The notes under the pieces are model-generated. The model made no database searches. It saw only the letters and a list, made by a program, of their open reading frames with translations, and was not told where the DNA came from. DNA of 63,975 nt, counting the filler, from Intoshia linei (lineage: Eukaryota; Animalia; Orthonectida), in NCBI GenBank assembly GCA_001642005.1. It is 6 parts of 6 records of this genome, joined end to end, with 100 filler letters (N's around TTAATTAATTAA, not from the genome) between each part and the next. Parts side by side here need not be neighbours in the genome. Positions count along the whole stretch, not along the records: positions 22,152 to 45,793 come from LWCA01000552.1; 5 more parts are not named here. One strand, given 5' to 3'. A program made the position numbers and the translations under genes. Below are positions 30,624 to 45,399 of this stretch, piece by piece. The stretch's first letter is position 1; each line of letters starts with the position of its first letter.

Positions 30624-30862
30624 ATTTAAATTGACAATTGTAAATATATTTATTTTGTAAATTTAAAACAAATAGTTATAGCGTCACCATAACTATTTGT
30701 AGATTTAGTTTATTTATTATCGCATTTCTATTACTCTATGTATTCTCATTTTGAACAGCTCCCACATTAGATTTGTATAATTTTTATATTCATAGTTATG
30801 AATAGACAATCAATATACATAAATGTTGTAGCACAGTTTTGTTATATATTTAAATTGTAGAT

Positions 30863-33688
30863 ATGCCCAAACATGTTAAATCAAACGTAGGAAAAATAAA
30901 TTTGCAATCTATAGAATGTAATCATAATACTATTGGTGATGGAAATGTGTTTGCAAAAAAAATTGAAAATATTGTAGATATTGGAGATAATAGAAATAAT
31001 CGTCACTTTAAAATTCCCATTTTAATCTTACCTCACATGGCTCCAAATGAAGGAAATGATATTAGTATTACAAAAAACGAAAAGGAACGTTTGAGGAAAC
31101 TTTTTAATCAATTAGATACTAATCAGGATAATACATTAGATCTTAGAGAATTGAATATTGTATTGCGTCCAGGAAAATATGAAGATGAGAAAACGGATTT
31201 TGTTGAGGTATTTTATATTTGAAATGTGCTTGTTAAATATATTTATAGAAAAATAAAAAGAAAAGTAACAGTGATAATTACATGAATTTTAGCCAATTTA
31301 TTAAATTTATCATTGATCGGGAAAAAAAATTAAAAATAAATTTTAAACGAATGGATATCAATAATGATGGTTTGTTTTTCTTTATTTAATTAGAGTAGTG
31401 GTTCCCGATTTAAATAGTGTACGGGCCCCCATTTCAAAATATTTATTTTTTTGACCCAAGGAAACATAAAATATATAACATTTATGAAAAAATTAAAGGT
31501 TTTTTCTCATAAGATTTAGTAAAATCGTGTTTTTTATAAAAATATTGAAAAAAGTGATTTTCCCCTTAATTAAACTGGTGAAAGGTTTTTAAATGGTATT
31601 TTTTATTAAATTTTAATAATGGGATTTTTACTAATGGCAACTCTCTTATAAATATTACAAATTTTAAAATAAAAAAAAGTTGATCAAATTTTATTTAAAT
31701 CTCATGGACACCAGGGGGTCCAGAGCCCCAATGGGGAATCACTGAATTAGAGAGTATGATTTTATATTAAAATTGTTCAAATTTTAATTTTTAATTTAAT
31801 CATTAAAATTCCGGGCTACGTTAGACTAATTGGGCGGATTAATTTTTTAATTTATAGGTCAGTTATTATTATTTGAAAAATATCTGATTAGTTTGAAAAA
31901 AATGAATTGTATCATTTTTCATTCATTGCGTTCAATCACTCAAATAATGTAACATCATTTTGATAAGTCAAACTAATGTGTTGTGTTTCAGGCAAAATTG
32001 ATTTGGATGAAATCATGTTCATGTTTAAGCAGTTGGGATTCACAATTACAAAAATAGAAGCAAATGCCATGTTGAAAAGGTAATTTAAAAACAATGAAAA
32101 TTTTTCTTTTTCTACCAATACATTCCCTCTTTGTCTAATTTCAACTGGTAATTAATCCGAAAATTCCAAGCCAGTTTTTAAGGATTCAAAGTAACTAATT
32201 TTCACTGTGACGGTCAGTAACAAATCATTTTTTTTAAATGGACAATATTGAACGCTTTATTTTAGAATGGATAGCGACAATTCACTAACAATCGAATGGA
32301 ATGAGTGGCGAGATTTTTTAAATTTGCAATGTCACACAGATTTAAATAATATTGCTCTTTTTTGGAGACATGACGCGGTAAACTATTATATGTAATGTAC
32401 TTGGTTTTCAAAATGTATTACTTCAACGAACTGATTTTACCCTTTGAAATGTGAACAGATCCGTGGAGAGCCAACAGTAGATGAAAATTGTAAGGCCTAT
32501 ATATTTTTTTTTTAAAACGGGACTTCTATACATTGCTTAATCCATCGTTCATTATGTAAAATTTAAAAATAACCGTTGGAAATCGCAAAGAACATTTTAT
32601 TATGCTCAAGTATTTTTTGAATATTACCTAATAAATTTAAAAAGTATGCCCGGGCCATATGGCCCCTCTCCGCGACCTGATGTGAAGTATATATATTATG
32701 TTATTTTGTGCATCTGTATTTATTGGAAATATTTAGATGATTGATATTGGTGGAGATCTAACAGTTGCTGATGAATGCACCGACTTTGAAAACGGAAGTG
32801 GTTTGCGCACAATAAATGTAATATCAGGCGCGATTGCTGGTGCAATTTCCAGAACATGCACTGCTCCGCTAGATCGAATGAAAATATTTATGCAAGTAAA
32901 GGGAACAGGAGAATCGCTAAACTTAAAGTCTTGTTTTTTTAAGCTTTTCAAAGAAGGTGGTTTAAAATCAATGTGGAGAGGGAATTTCATGAATATCCTA
33001 AAAATTGCTCCAGAAACTAGTCTCAAATTTTCTTGTTATGAAGAAGTACTATCAATTTGTATATTTATTACATGTTTAGATTAAATTTAGAATTAACAAA
33101 ATGTATGGACGAGAAGAAAGTTTAAATTTATTTGACAGGTTCTTGGCTGGCTCTATGGCTGGCGTTGTGTCTCAATCTGCGATTTATCCTATGGACGTTA
33201 TGAAAACACGTTTGGCTATTGCTAGAACCGGTCAGTATCAAAATATTTTACATGTTGGATCTCAACTGTATAAATTAAATGGTTTTCGAGGATTTTATAA
33301 TGGATATGCAACCAATACGCTGGGTATTATTCCTTTTGCTGGTCTTGATTTGGCTATATATGAAAGTTTGAAAAATCGCTACTACAAATATCAAAATTTA
33401 ACCAATGAACCGTCAATTTTTATCATTTTGGGATCTTCAGTAGTCAGTTCAACTTGCGCTCAACTTGCTACCTACCCTTTAGCATTAATTCGAACCAAAC
33501 TCCAAGCAACCAACAAGGAAACTAAACCAAGTATTTCTAAACTTATTTCAAATATTTATAAAACTAAAGGATTGAAAGGTTTTTATTGCGGTATTACTCC
33601 CAATTTTATGAAAGCTATACCTTCCGCTTGTATTAGTTATGTTACATATGAAAAAACAAAAACTTACCTCAAACAATATCTTGACTGA
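30863..33688 (+). CDS. Ca2+-binding mitochondrial ATP-Mg/Pi carrier (SCaMC, SLC25A23/24/25 family)
   Basis: EF hands (LDTNQDNTLDLREL, MDINNDGKIDLDEI, MDSDNSLTIEWNEWRDF); IDIGGDL; SRTCTAPLDR, WRGN..KIAPE, YPMDVMKTRL, YPLALIRTKLQ. Confidence 0.96.
31396..31744. mobile_element. hAT-type MITE in a SCaMC intron
   Basis: TIR TAGTGGTTCCC / GGGAATCACTG with perfect 8-bp TSD AATTAGAG; internal sequence shared with 18600-18900 and 52290-52880. Confidence 0.9.
32456..32679. mobile_element. MITE in a SCaMC intron
   Basis: Imperfect TIR CAGATCCGTGGAGAG / CTCTCCGCGACCTG, flanking direct repeat ATGTGAA; related ends at 54467 and 63651. Confidence 0.7.
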
Positions 33689-34950
33689 TTTGTATATTAA
33701 CAAATTTATTTATTTATTAGTCTATATTTTCTACACTAGGACATTAAAAATAAAATTTATATTTACACCTTGATCATCTAGACAAGTGTTTCCCAACCGT
33801 GTGGGGCCTACGACTTTTTGGTGGGGCCTACGAAATATTACAAATTTATAGGATTATGAAAACTTTAGATTAATTTTATACAATATTATTAGCTTTATAA
33901 GTGGTTGTGATACTTGAACCAATTAATTGTATTATTAGAATGACAAAAAACAAATATATTAGAGATACAAAATTTTGTTGTTTGTATTAAGAGATATGGT
34001 GTTTGTACGAATTAGATAACAGTCAAGCTTGTATACAATAAACTATAATATTTTGTTCGGCACTGAACGAATTTTTGAAAAGTATTAAAGAACAGGATAA
34101 GGAAAAATTTTTATTGAGTATAAAACTTGAAAAAAAATCAGACTACAAAGCATGTAGTCCAGTCCGACTCCGCTTTGGAACATAATCGTATTTTGGGAAT
34201 TTTTTCAGAATTGTTAATTTTATAGTATTTATATCGATGGCATAGCAATATATGTGAAATTAACCCCGCTTTTGAAGCAAAAAAATGTTGTAAATATAAA
34301 ATATATAAGTATAATAACTAGTGATATCATTAAATTAAAATTATATTTACTTAAATATTTTACATATACTTTCATATGTATTTATCATAATTCATTAATC
34401 TTTCATTCATGCCCATATTTTAATATCTGATCAATTATTAATTAATATTCTAGATTAGAAAGTAACTAATTCTAAAAATAAGTATATAATTACAAAAATA
34501 TTAATAACTTTGATTTGAGATTTTCATTATCAGGTATTTACTTGAATATATCACCCTAAAGAGTGTACTCTAATAGAAACAAATATAATATAATGTATTG
34601 CAATAATTTAAATATTCAATGAAAAATTAGATAACTTACTAAAACCCGTTTTTGAGGCACTTTTCAAAAAATGGTGCCCAATTCGAGGTTCGACTGTATA
34701 AACAAACTCCATTTTTGTTTAAAATATGGTCTGAATCCTTTCGTTACGAAATTATCTGGACCAAAAATTCTTATAAATGTTATTGTGGATATAAAACTTG
34801 TCAAAAAAATGACCGAGACTACAAAGCTTGTAGTAGAAACAAACCACCTAAACTTTAGTTAAAGTATCTGATTTGAAGTTACAAATGTATAATCAAAATA
34901 ATGTACATGTTTACATTACAAAATAATTAAAATAGAAATTTAGGTAAAAA

Positions 34951-35451
34951 TCATTTCTTTAACTTTCGTTGAACCTGAGCCAAACGGATCGCTTTCCTTT
35001 GTGCTTTCGTCACTAAAGCAATAGGTTTTGATTGATTTACATGACTTGTTTTTAATACAGTGTCGTTTTTCATTATGGCTTTTGCAACAATATCCACCAA
35101 GTCTAAAGTAAATTATATTTTTTCAGTTATCAATTTACAAAATTAACCTTTTCTAACATTCATTGATAATGAAGTTGAACAACATTCCATTAGATGTTTC
35201 AGCATTTCACTCTGATTGCTAAATACATGCTTTATATCAAACACACATATCGATTTTTTGTTGATACTAGACACATTCTCATTGTGCGGTCGTAAAACAT
35301 GATATCCTAGTTTTCGATATTCGATTAAATGGTCAGGATCAATAGGACAGACCAATAATATCTCAGCTTCTATAAATGAACATTAAAACCAACAAAATAC
35401 ATTAGAATATATAAAAATACTTTCAGGCTCAAATGTGTTTAAATTACTCAT
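34951..35451 (-). CDS. Tandem CHHC (U11-48K-type) zinc-finger protein, GTSF1/Asterix-like, three exons
   Basis: CPIDPDH-x9-H and CVFDIKH-x10-HLMEC; two short GT-AG introns keep the frame; ends AQVQRKLKK-stop. Confidence 0.7.
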
Positions 35452-36880
35452 TTTACAATTTAGTTTAATTGTTTACTTTTTGTAAATTTCGAACAAATTA
35501 TATATTGACTAATAAAATGAGAATAACGCTTAAAATGTTAGAAACATGTTTATTTTCCAAGGTAATTATAATTCATTTCAAATTATACAGTGTAATACAC
35601 TGAGTGTATTTAAATTTTACTTATCCTTCTAACCTCCGTATCTAAGTATATCCAGTGGATATTATCCACTGAAAGGTTCAACCTGAAACGACTTCAATTT
35701 GAATATAATAATTAAAATATTAATTGTAGTTATTATAATCCTATATTAATATACAATATTGCTATATGTGAATAGATAATGTAATATCGCAATTATGTAA
35801 ACATGATGTATCGATGTAGTGAGCTGAATCACTACCTATTAAATTAATATAGTGTTAACAGTTTTAATCATTTAAATCTCAGCGATAGATAAAAAAATGG
35901 AGCTAAAACCAAACTTAAAAAAGGAACTGTAGTTAAAGGTGGGAAGTACCTACTGTAAATCTGTGTGGGAATCCCACAATGAGATTGAAAGCATACACCA
36001 TCGTAACTGATCAGAAAATTATATTAAATAGACTTAACTTATCTACAATGAAGATCCTACAGTACTTTATCTTGAAATGGAAATTTCAAATATTAAATGG
36101 TCGTCAGAGGTTTAATAGTTGCTTACAGTTTGCATTTTAAAAATATAGTTAGTACAAATCGTGCATCGAATTCTAAAATTTACAAAAATAATTCATAATC
36201 CTTTATATTACATTCATGTAACTAGCAAGTCACGTAAAATCGGCTCTTTTAAAGCATATTCGTGACAAAACAAAATTTATAGGTTAACGTTAGTATTTTC
36301 GACTTTTAACAGTAATGTTTCATTATGGTCAATATTTTCTTAACTTTTATTAACATGTAAGTTAGTATTATACTACATCTAATTAAATTTTATTACCTCT
36401 TGCATTATGTATATTGACCATTTTGAATTGATTGAAATATTTTGATAAATATAGATTAAAAAGCTTAAAATCGAATGTTGATGTTCAGATTTTGTGATTT
36501 CAGATATTATGAAAATGTATGATAAATAACGCAGTCTAACTATTTTAATCTAACCATAGCTATGCATGATATGCACTATTATACGGACAATGTTATAAAC
36601 CTGATTAAAAGTGCGTTACACATTATAACAGGACCCTAAATTATTCCAAGATTCCATTGATGGATAAAGCATTCAACAATTCATCCAAAATGAATACAAT
36701 TAAAATTAATCGTTTACATTTCACCAAACTATAGTTTTATAATTCTAATCAATTACAAAACAGTATTTATGACAAATTAAAATACAATATTGTACCATAT
36801 ATTTCATTATATTAATGGAATATTTAATATAACATGATTTAGTTTTGATAAAAATCAAAATCAACCCTTTATTTAACAAA

Positions 36881-39800
36881 TTATTCCACAAGACTAAATG
36901 TGAATCCTCTCTTTTCCACTCTGTCTATATATGAACTATTTGATAAAGCCACGGCAGGTGTTAAGACACCTCCTCTAAATAATGTATAATTAAATATTTA
37001 TGATTATAAATTACTTGATATCTTTAACATTTTCTTCCAAAATAGTGAATACTGCTGCAACAATGAGTCTTGCAGTTCCAGTATACACATCTAATTTTTA
37101 TATAATTTTCAGATTAAAAATAATATTAATACTTGGACCACTAATGACAGCGTGTTTGATTGTATCGACATTATTTGAGCCGTCTGATGACCCATAAAGT
37201 TTAAAATGCATTTTTGCATAAGTATTTGCAATCTATGATTTATTTCATCGTATTTTTACAGTTAATATTTTAAATTACACTTTTTTCAGATGGCCCTTTT
37301 TCAGAAAATACACCAATAGAAAAAAATCGCGGATACTAAAAACATTAAAAATTATTTTTATTAATTTATTATATCATATAATTCTTTTGGTCGGACTTTA
37401 AATGAAAAGTTGTATCATTCCAAATAATCGTTTTTTTTACATAGAATGATAAACCTACAGTATTTGACACCCATCATTATTTTATAGAAAACTACATTAT
37501 GTAGTAAAAGTGTTTGGATTTTACTTGTTTATTAAAAAAATAATGGATCCATCAGCTAAAACAAGTCAAGAACCACTGAAATATTTTTCATTTTTCAAAA
37601 AAATTGTGTTAAAAAGAGTTTATCTCATTAATAAACGGAAAATAAAGATACTCTTATAATAACATTAGTTGATAAAATGCACATTTATAAGCATACCGTT
37701 TTTAACAAGTATTCTCCGCCTGGGATGATCATTAAAATATAAATAATCGTTGACATAAAAAACAAACACATTACAACAATTAAATGAGAATATTCAATAT
37801 ACGGCATGTATTGGATCTAAAAATAAAATCATTAGACGAAGCTTTCTGAAGGTTTGATGATTTGAGTCCTAGGATTCCTTTAAAAATTTATATTTATTAA
37901 AAATATTGTTTTCCAATGTTATGAGTTCTGTTTTGTAGTGTGGTATAGTTAAAAACTTGATTATTACAGACAGATTTTATAGAACTCTTAAAAAGAATTA
38001 AAATATGTGACATGTCACCATTTTGTAATTATTTAGTAAACGTAATTCTAGATATTTTTCATTTAGGGTTTTAACCATGAAAATGTAAATTTCTAAAGCT
38101 GAATTTTACGAAAATGATTTTAAAATGCGTCCTGAATTTGGGTTTTTTAAAATAAACGGTAAAACATACTGTACATTCGATTTTATATAAATAAAGGATT
38201 ACTATGTCTTCACCAGTTTGTTTGTGATTATAAAAAATTGTTTGTTCAACTACTGTTTTGTCTGAACCAATGAACGGTACTGCGTAACGATTACGTATTG
38301 ATTTGTGTATATTTCTATAAATTATACATTTAGTACTATTACATTTTGTACAAATTAAAAATAATGTCAAACTCTAAAAGACGTACATCAAAATTTTCAA
38401 ATGGGCACATTTTATAAACCGGCAAATTTATTATTGAATTTGAAACTTTTCTTGTAAAAAAGGAATTGAATTGAATTCTTCTCATTTTTTTTAATTTTAT
38501 AACTTTGAGAATTAGTAATATTAATATGTAATTTATAGTTTTAAGGGTTTCAAATAATAGAGTTAATGAGTTAAGGTAAAAGAGTGATGTATAAACATTA
38601 TTTATAAAAATATTACGGTGAAGATTTAAATTATTAACAACTATCAATAGAAATAAAAAATGTAGATACTTTTTCTTCAACAGTATTGTTTCACCTTTCA
38701 GTTTCGGCCTCCCTAAATGTAATTTGTGTCTATTATCTTGGAATTCTGTTTGTTTTTCCGATTTAATAGAATTGATAAAAGAATACCAAGTTCCAGTGTT
38801 GAGATAAGGTCTCTATTTTTGTAATACTTAAATTTTCCAATTAAATACACTTGTACCTTTGATTGTTCGTTACCTGCCATGTATGCATAACTTTCCGCAG
38901 CCAATAGTTTTCCTATTTGAAAATTATATCACAATATATGCATAATACCATGAAAATTTAGTTTGCAGTAGGCCAGTCCTAAATCCGCGATAACACTACC
39001 AAACCCTAGAGATCCAACTACATAGCAATTGTTAGCATGTGCCATATCATTGTACTTAAGTTGGATTTCTTCGAGAAACTAATTGATAAGGTATAATTTG
39101 AAATGAGTCTCAAGTCACGTTATTATTTAAAAATTTATTTCAAAAACGCTGTTTGTACAAACTGTTTTAAATGTAAAATACATTATCACATGTACCTGTG
39201 TTAGGAAATAAATTATTTAAAATGCTACATAAAAATTAAAAAACAGTCCAAATTAGACACCTAATAAACATACACTGGGCTCTCCAGATATGTCCAAATG
39301 ATGAGTACCATTTTCGACACAGGATTTAACCACATCTCTTCCATAAATTTTATACTAAATTAAAAATTTTAAATAATATACAAAAATATAATTATGAATC
39401 ACTTTTTTGATAAAAAATTAAACTTATATTATATAAATATAAATAAATTAAACTAATTAAATTAAACTTATACTTAATTTTAAACATTATATTTGATAGA
39501 GCGGGCAAAATGCAACCCGCTGATCCATGGGTTTATTGAAATACAAAAGTGTACAATAGTCTCGTTACAATATTTACTTACTTGATATAAAGTATTAAAA
39601 GTTTATTAATTTTAACATTCAATACAAATATAAGTCTTAGATTATAACTTACTGAGTCAGTAATACTAAAATATACACAAATATAACCATATTATTATGT
39701 TATTATAACGATTAATATGACAAAACATTTACAATAATATTAATCTTTTATATCTAGGCTCAGAGCATAACCTACAAAACTCGAGCCACCCACAAACAAA

Positions 39801-41913
39801 AATAACCTATAAATTGTTTGTAATGTCATATAGTCCTATTAATCCTCTACGAAATGAATTTCACAGTTATAATACTGAAAAAATGCGAGGCGATTTTACA
39901 AAAATTTCCTCGAAAAATCATTGTCACTTTTTACTATTACTAATATTATAATGTATGTTAGTGAATACTGATGAGATGGATATTAATTAAAATTATCGGT
40001 CTCACATCCAATGATTCATATATAAATCATTCAAAAATTCAACCATTTTTCTAAAAATTAAAATTTACCAACCCTTAAAAGAAAAATGCAGTTTTACCAA
40101 CTCAAAAAAATAAAAATCCAGTTTTACCAACACTTTAGCAAAAATTCTAGTTTTACCAATCCTAAAAAGAAAATTCCAGTTTTACCAACCCAAAAAAGAA
40201 AAATCCAGTTTTACCAACCATTTAGCGAAAATTATAGTTATACCAACCCTAAAAAAAAATCTGGTTTTACAAACCCTTTTGGAAGTAAGTAAAAATTTGG
40301 TAAATTATGTACTACCCAGTGCCGAACTCATCGTACCAGAAACTCTCTTCAGGAGCCTGAACGCAATATTTGTAAAAGGAGCTTATTTTTTCATGACTTT
40401 GATGTGTTAAATTTAAAATGTCAACTCAATAGCTTTCGAGATGTTGCTTGGGCTATATGACACTACGCATCGTTTGCAAATTCTTGTAAGATCTACTTTT
40501 TATTTTCTGTGCCTCGAATTGAATAGGTTCGGCTCACCTGGCTTTCTCAATTTGTATTTTCGTTTTCTTTACAGTGTCAATATAACATGGTCAATTTGAC
40601 ACACATTAATGTATTTATAAAAAACCCTCAACCTTTAGAATTGTTTATGAACAACTAAATTTAAATGTATACCGGTCCAACCATATTAATTAACATTTTT
40701 GTGCATCTCGCCATTTCTAATAAAGATTGGTAATCATCAACATTTGCAGTTATTAAACCAACTTCCACAGTTGAAAAACTAGTCCCCTCGCTATCTAAAT
40801 TAACACAATACAATAAGATAACATTTTCAAATATTAAAACGCATATTTTCAATCAGGACTGCCGAACCTCATACCAGAATAAGGTCCACGTAAGATTTTC
40901 TGTTCCTACTAATAAAATTTGTATGATTTTCTAATTTTTGATAGACTGAGTCTTATTTTTAAGTTATTCTAATGTTTTAATATCGAAATGCTTGAATTAC
41001 AAATTTTCATGATATATATAAATATGACATAATATATTCAAGATATGATAAATATTTTCAGTGAATATTAAAAAACCTTTGAATTCTGAAAACAAAATAT
41101 AAATTACTTGGAATGTATGTTACAAAATCAACAGTAATATTAATTTCAAAAGTTCGATATTGTCAAATTCAATAAAATACAATAAATCAGTGTTTCTTAA
41201 TTATTTATTACCCATTTTAAAGAAAACCTACTGTATGAAACTCGTCTTAGGGCCTGGATGAAATTTGGAAAATGTGGGTTAATATATATGTTTCTTTTAT
41301 TGTCATTATCTACATCGTTCTAAATAATTTAGGTGCTTGAGATAAACAATAATAAAATATTATGATTTACGTTGCATATTATAAATTATAACAAATATAG
41401 AAAAATGGGCGATTCGAAGAAGTAAAATATGCGATCCGATTCATGCAAAATGGTGCTAATTTTTGCATTATAGTAAACATTTTGTAGAGATTGGTCGTAT
41501 CTCATCTACAAAATACCATTGATGAAGTCTGACAAAAAAAGAATTTGGAATGGGTACTAATCTAGATTCTACAAACAGTTGACAAAATTTAAGATTCAAA
41601 TGAATGACCTTCAAGAAACTTTTTTTGTTCTTCCAAAACGCATGTCAATTTATTCACATTTCTTCCGGCGATAGCCCATTTCACCCAACTTTTATATTTA
41701 CTGTTAAACAACATCTCTCGTACCACATATTGTCCTGTAAAAGCTGTAGCTCCAAAAATGACAACATCATATTTTCTACCGCTAAATTTCAAAATAAAAA
41801 AGAAGAGATTGATTATAATAAAAAAATTGTCATGCCTAAATTTAACAAAAACGCATTATAATGATAATTAAATTAAAAAAAATTTCAAATTACTCTGTAG
41901 ATTTCAAATTCAT
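36881..41913 (-). CDS. SCCPDH: Saccharopine dehydrogenase-like oxidoreductase
   Basis: YDVVIFGATAFTG, WAIAGRN, INMVGPY, SCVENGTHHLDISGEP, GFGSVIADLG, PFIGSD, FSEKGPS, GGVLTPAVA. Confidence 0.93.
40060..40280 (+). repeat. Minisatellite, about 8 copies of a ~29-bp unit
   Basis: Core AAAATCCAGTTTTACCAACC recurs at roughly 29-bp spacing. Confidence 0.85.
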
Positions 41914-42235
41914 ATCAAACTAATATATATAAAATCGACACACAAGTTGCCAAATAATAAACTAATTTTTACACTGGTAATTAGAATACTTGTTCCGAGG
42001 TAGATTTCTGGGATTAGAGTGTTCTCCCAAGTTTAAAAACATACTAATTCTCATACATTCCTATATAATTAATGGAATAGTTATTGCCAAGGATACTATG
42101 ATATTGTCTGTCCTTGTACTGAGACACACTTTGATAAACAGGTGTATAAAAATAAGAATTAATTCCCTTGAGGCCATCATTGATCTGATATTATTGTAAT
42201 AAAAATATAAAACATTTTATTTACAAATTAGGACA

Positions 42236-45200
42236 TTATTCTGAGTTGCTTGAAGAACCAGATTCATCTGTATATTCTGATTCTTCACTTGATGATGACG
42301 AAGACGATTCTCTGATATTTTCAGCTTTCTTTTTAATATTAAGAAGGTGCTTCCTCAAGTCTTCACTAAAAGTATTTATGTAAATGTAATTAAACTAAAT
42401 ACGTTAATGGACCCAGTCCGATTGAAGTATAAAAGTTTATTGCAAATCTTGTGTGCTTTGACTCATAACGAGGAAACATGTTACAGAAATGGGATGCATT
42501 TTCTCTAAGTAGACGATTAAAAATGTTGGGTAAAAAATTACGGATCACTAAAACGCTTTTTAGCTACTTCTGTTCCAGTAAATTCGCACAATTCTTGTAA
42601 TAAAATTTTTAAAAAAATTCTGCTGGATGAGGTTGTAGTTTCTTCAGTTAAATTAACAATTTCGAAAACTTTCCATGATATTGTATCAGAAAAAAGTAAA
42701 TGTGCATATAATTTAGCAACATTGCGTAATTTCCCCGTTTCTAATCGGTGGATTAAGGTGAACTGTTCTCCAAATATTCGTTCAAAATGAGCTATGTAAC
42801 CTTCATTAACTTCACACATTCGCTAATTATAATATTAATTAATGAATTTTTAAATTTACATTTATTGTAATACCGTATTTTTCGGAGTATAAGGCGCACC
42901 TTGTATAAAAAACAATTTACAACACAAAATTCACATATAAGGCGCATTGGCGTATAAGGTGCGAGAAATTTTATTAAGAGATATCTATGAAAAATTAAAA
43001 ATCAAATGGTACAATATATAGTTAGAAAAAAATTTTCCCTTCCAAATCCTAATATAAAGTGCATTCCTAATTTTTCATGTAAAAGAGTTCGCCTTATAAT
43101 CCGAAAAATACGGTACAGTAGCCGGCATAATTTTTAATTAACAGCCCTGAATACAAAAATAAACATTTCAAAATATTAATTTGAAATTTTTCAGAGGGCG
43201 AAAGTTCAGTTTAAATTAAACTGATTAAATCAATTAAACGATTAAACTTTAATCGACATAATCATAGATTACCTATTATTTTGAAAAAACTATTATAGCC
43301 AAGTTTTTTTCTGTTAATTTACAGTACAAATTTCAATTTTTCAACAAATAGAAATAAACACATTATAGTCAAAAAAGCAATATACAAAAATGTACTGTTT
43401 ATATTCAAAATTACGACCACGGGCAAGCATGCGGGTATATACGAACCTGACCATACAAGTTTCTAAAATAAATAAAACCTGAGCAAGCATTCCATAAAAT
43501 TTTTCGTATGTACGTTCTTCGGCACAACAATCAATAATCATGTTACACAGTTCTTCCTAAAAGAATAATTAAATAATTAAACGATACGGTATAAACCCGA
43601 CGAGGGCTATAGGCGGCTTCTAATTATATTATGTACAATGTATGGGTAGTAATAAACAGGGTAAACTTGTTTCCAACATTTGATATAAACCCAAGAAGCT
43701 TGAAATCAGAATGAATCCTGCCAATAATTTAATAATCAAAAATTTATCAAGTTCACGATTCCACGATATTAACCCAATAGAAAAAATTAGATTTGACTTG
43801 AATGGTATAAATAAAAAAATCTAATACTTGATGTTCTGGTTTAATTTCCATTTGAAGCAGTTTATGAGCTGCTTCTTCAAAATTCAAACTTGATCGTATT
43901 CTTAAATAAATTGTCCTTCTGAAATTAATCATAAACGTTCCAGTTTTGTCCTGTATAGCATCTAAATATTTAAAATAACATTATATAAAAAATACCTTCA
44001 GGCAAATTTTCTTCATCTGAATCACCGTTTTCATCTTCTTCAGAACCAGATTCATCATCCGACGCGCCAAGTAATATTTCTATCAAAATATTACATTAAA
44101 TAAACCAACAATGTATAAATTAATTTAAATAATAATAAAAAAAATAATAAAAACCTGCTTTACATTTATTGTACTCTTCTTCATTTTTTTCGAAATCTGG
44201 ATCAAATTGGAAAAAGTCTAATTTATCGCAAGTATCCAACGAATCCTGCAAATGCATTAAATGCATAATTTGATCATCATCAGTTTCAGGGATCAAATCC
44301 AGTTCTTCGATAACCATTGGGTTGTCCCTGAATTTATCTTTCCTTGTTGCAAATAAAACTTCAATCATATATTGAATACGAACTGAGGATTCTGAATTTC
44401 CCAACATGGAACGAAGTCTTTCAAAAACAGCTAAATAAATTTTTAGATTTAAAAATATACTGTAGCAATTTTTTAATTAAATTACCTTGAAGGCCTTTTT
44501 TAGAAACAACGGTTAATTTAGCACCAACTTCTCTTAAAAATCCAACAGCACATTCTACAGAATCATTAGAAGGTTTAGATAAAAGCAAAACTAAAATCTC
44601 CAAACTAAGTATCTCGTGTATCTAATATTCTGTAAGGTTAGGTAAAATAAAACGTACCACTTGTTGATTAATTAAATGAGCGATAAATTTTAATGAACTC
44701 GAGAGAATTGGCTTGTCATTTCTTTTATATGCCTTTCGCACTTGCAAAATTAACCTCTTGCACAATAATTCACCAATCACGGGAAACTAAATTGAAAATA
44801 ATAGATTCTAAAGTAGGGTAGGCGGTGTTTTGAAGATAGTGGATCACACTAAATCAAACAGTCATGACACAACAGAAAAATTTGTAAATTAAGAAAAATG
44901 TCATACAATATTTAATTTATACCCCGTTCTATTATCATGTATTACATGTAATTTATTTTATCTATAGTTGTATCCTGTAATGAACAGTGCTCATGTACAA
45001 TGTAAAAAATACCTTTGAATTTAAAATCGCTACAAGGGCGGCATAAACATGTGAAAACATGGGTGAACATTTCTGTGCTCGCATTAAAATTTTAATCATA
45101 ATTCCTCTAAATATAATAAAATATTTATTTTAAAAAACCAACCTTCCTCTAATAATGTTTTCTGCGAAAAGTTCTCTGGCAATATTAACAATATTGGCTA

Positions 45201-45399
45201 CGTTAACTTTATTAATAAGTCCATTAATTGATTTTTTCAATGAATCCCAAGACATTTTTTGATATTCTTTAGAACCTTTTTCCAAAAACTCCAATTGCTT
45301 CCTCATTTTAGCAGGTGGTATGTATACAGATTTTTCAGGTAGTCTTTTTTTAATCTGTAGTTTTTCGTTGTCATTCTTTTGTCTTTTATCCATTTTCAT
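42236..45399 (-). CDS. CWC22: Pre-mRNA splicing factor CWC22 (MIF4G and MA3 domains)
   Basis: [91 protein letters not shown]; Ser/Glu tail, stop at 42236. Confidence 0.97.
42873..43113. mobile_element. Tc1/mariner-pogo-type MITE in a CWC22 intron
   Basis: TIR CCGTATTTTTCGGAGTATAAGGCG / CGCCTTATAATCCGAAAAATACGG with TA TSD. Confidence 0.92.

Noticed and set aside
40060-40280. CRISPR-like periodic repeat
   Set aside because: Head-to-tail degenerate units without unique spacers, in an animal intron, with no cas genes
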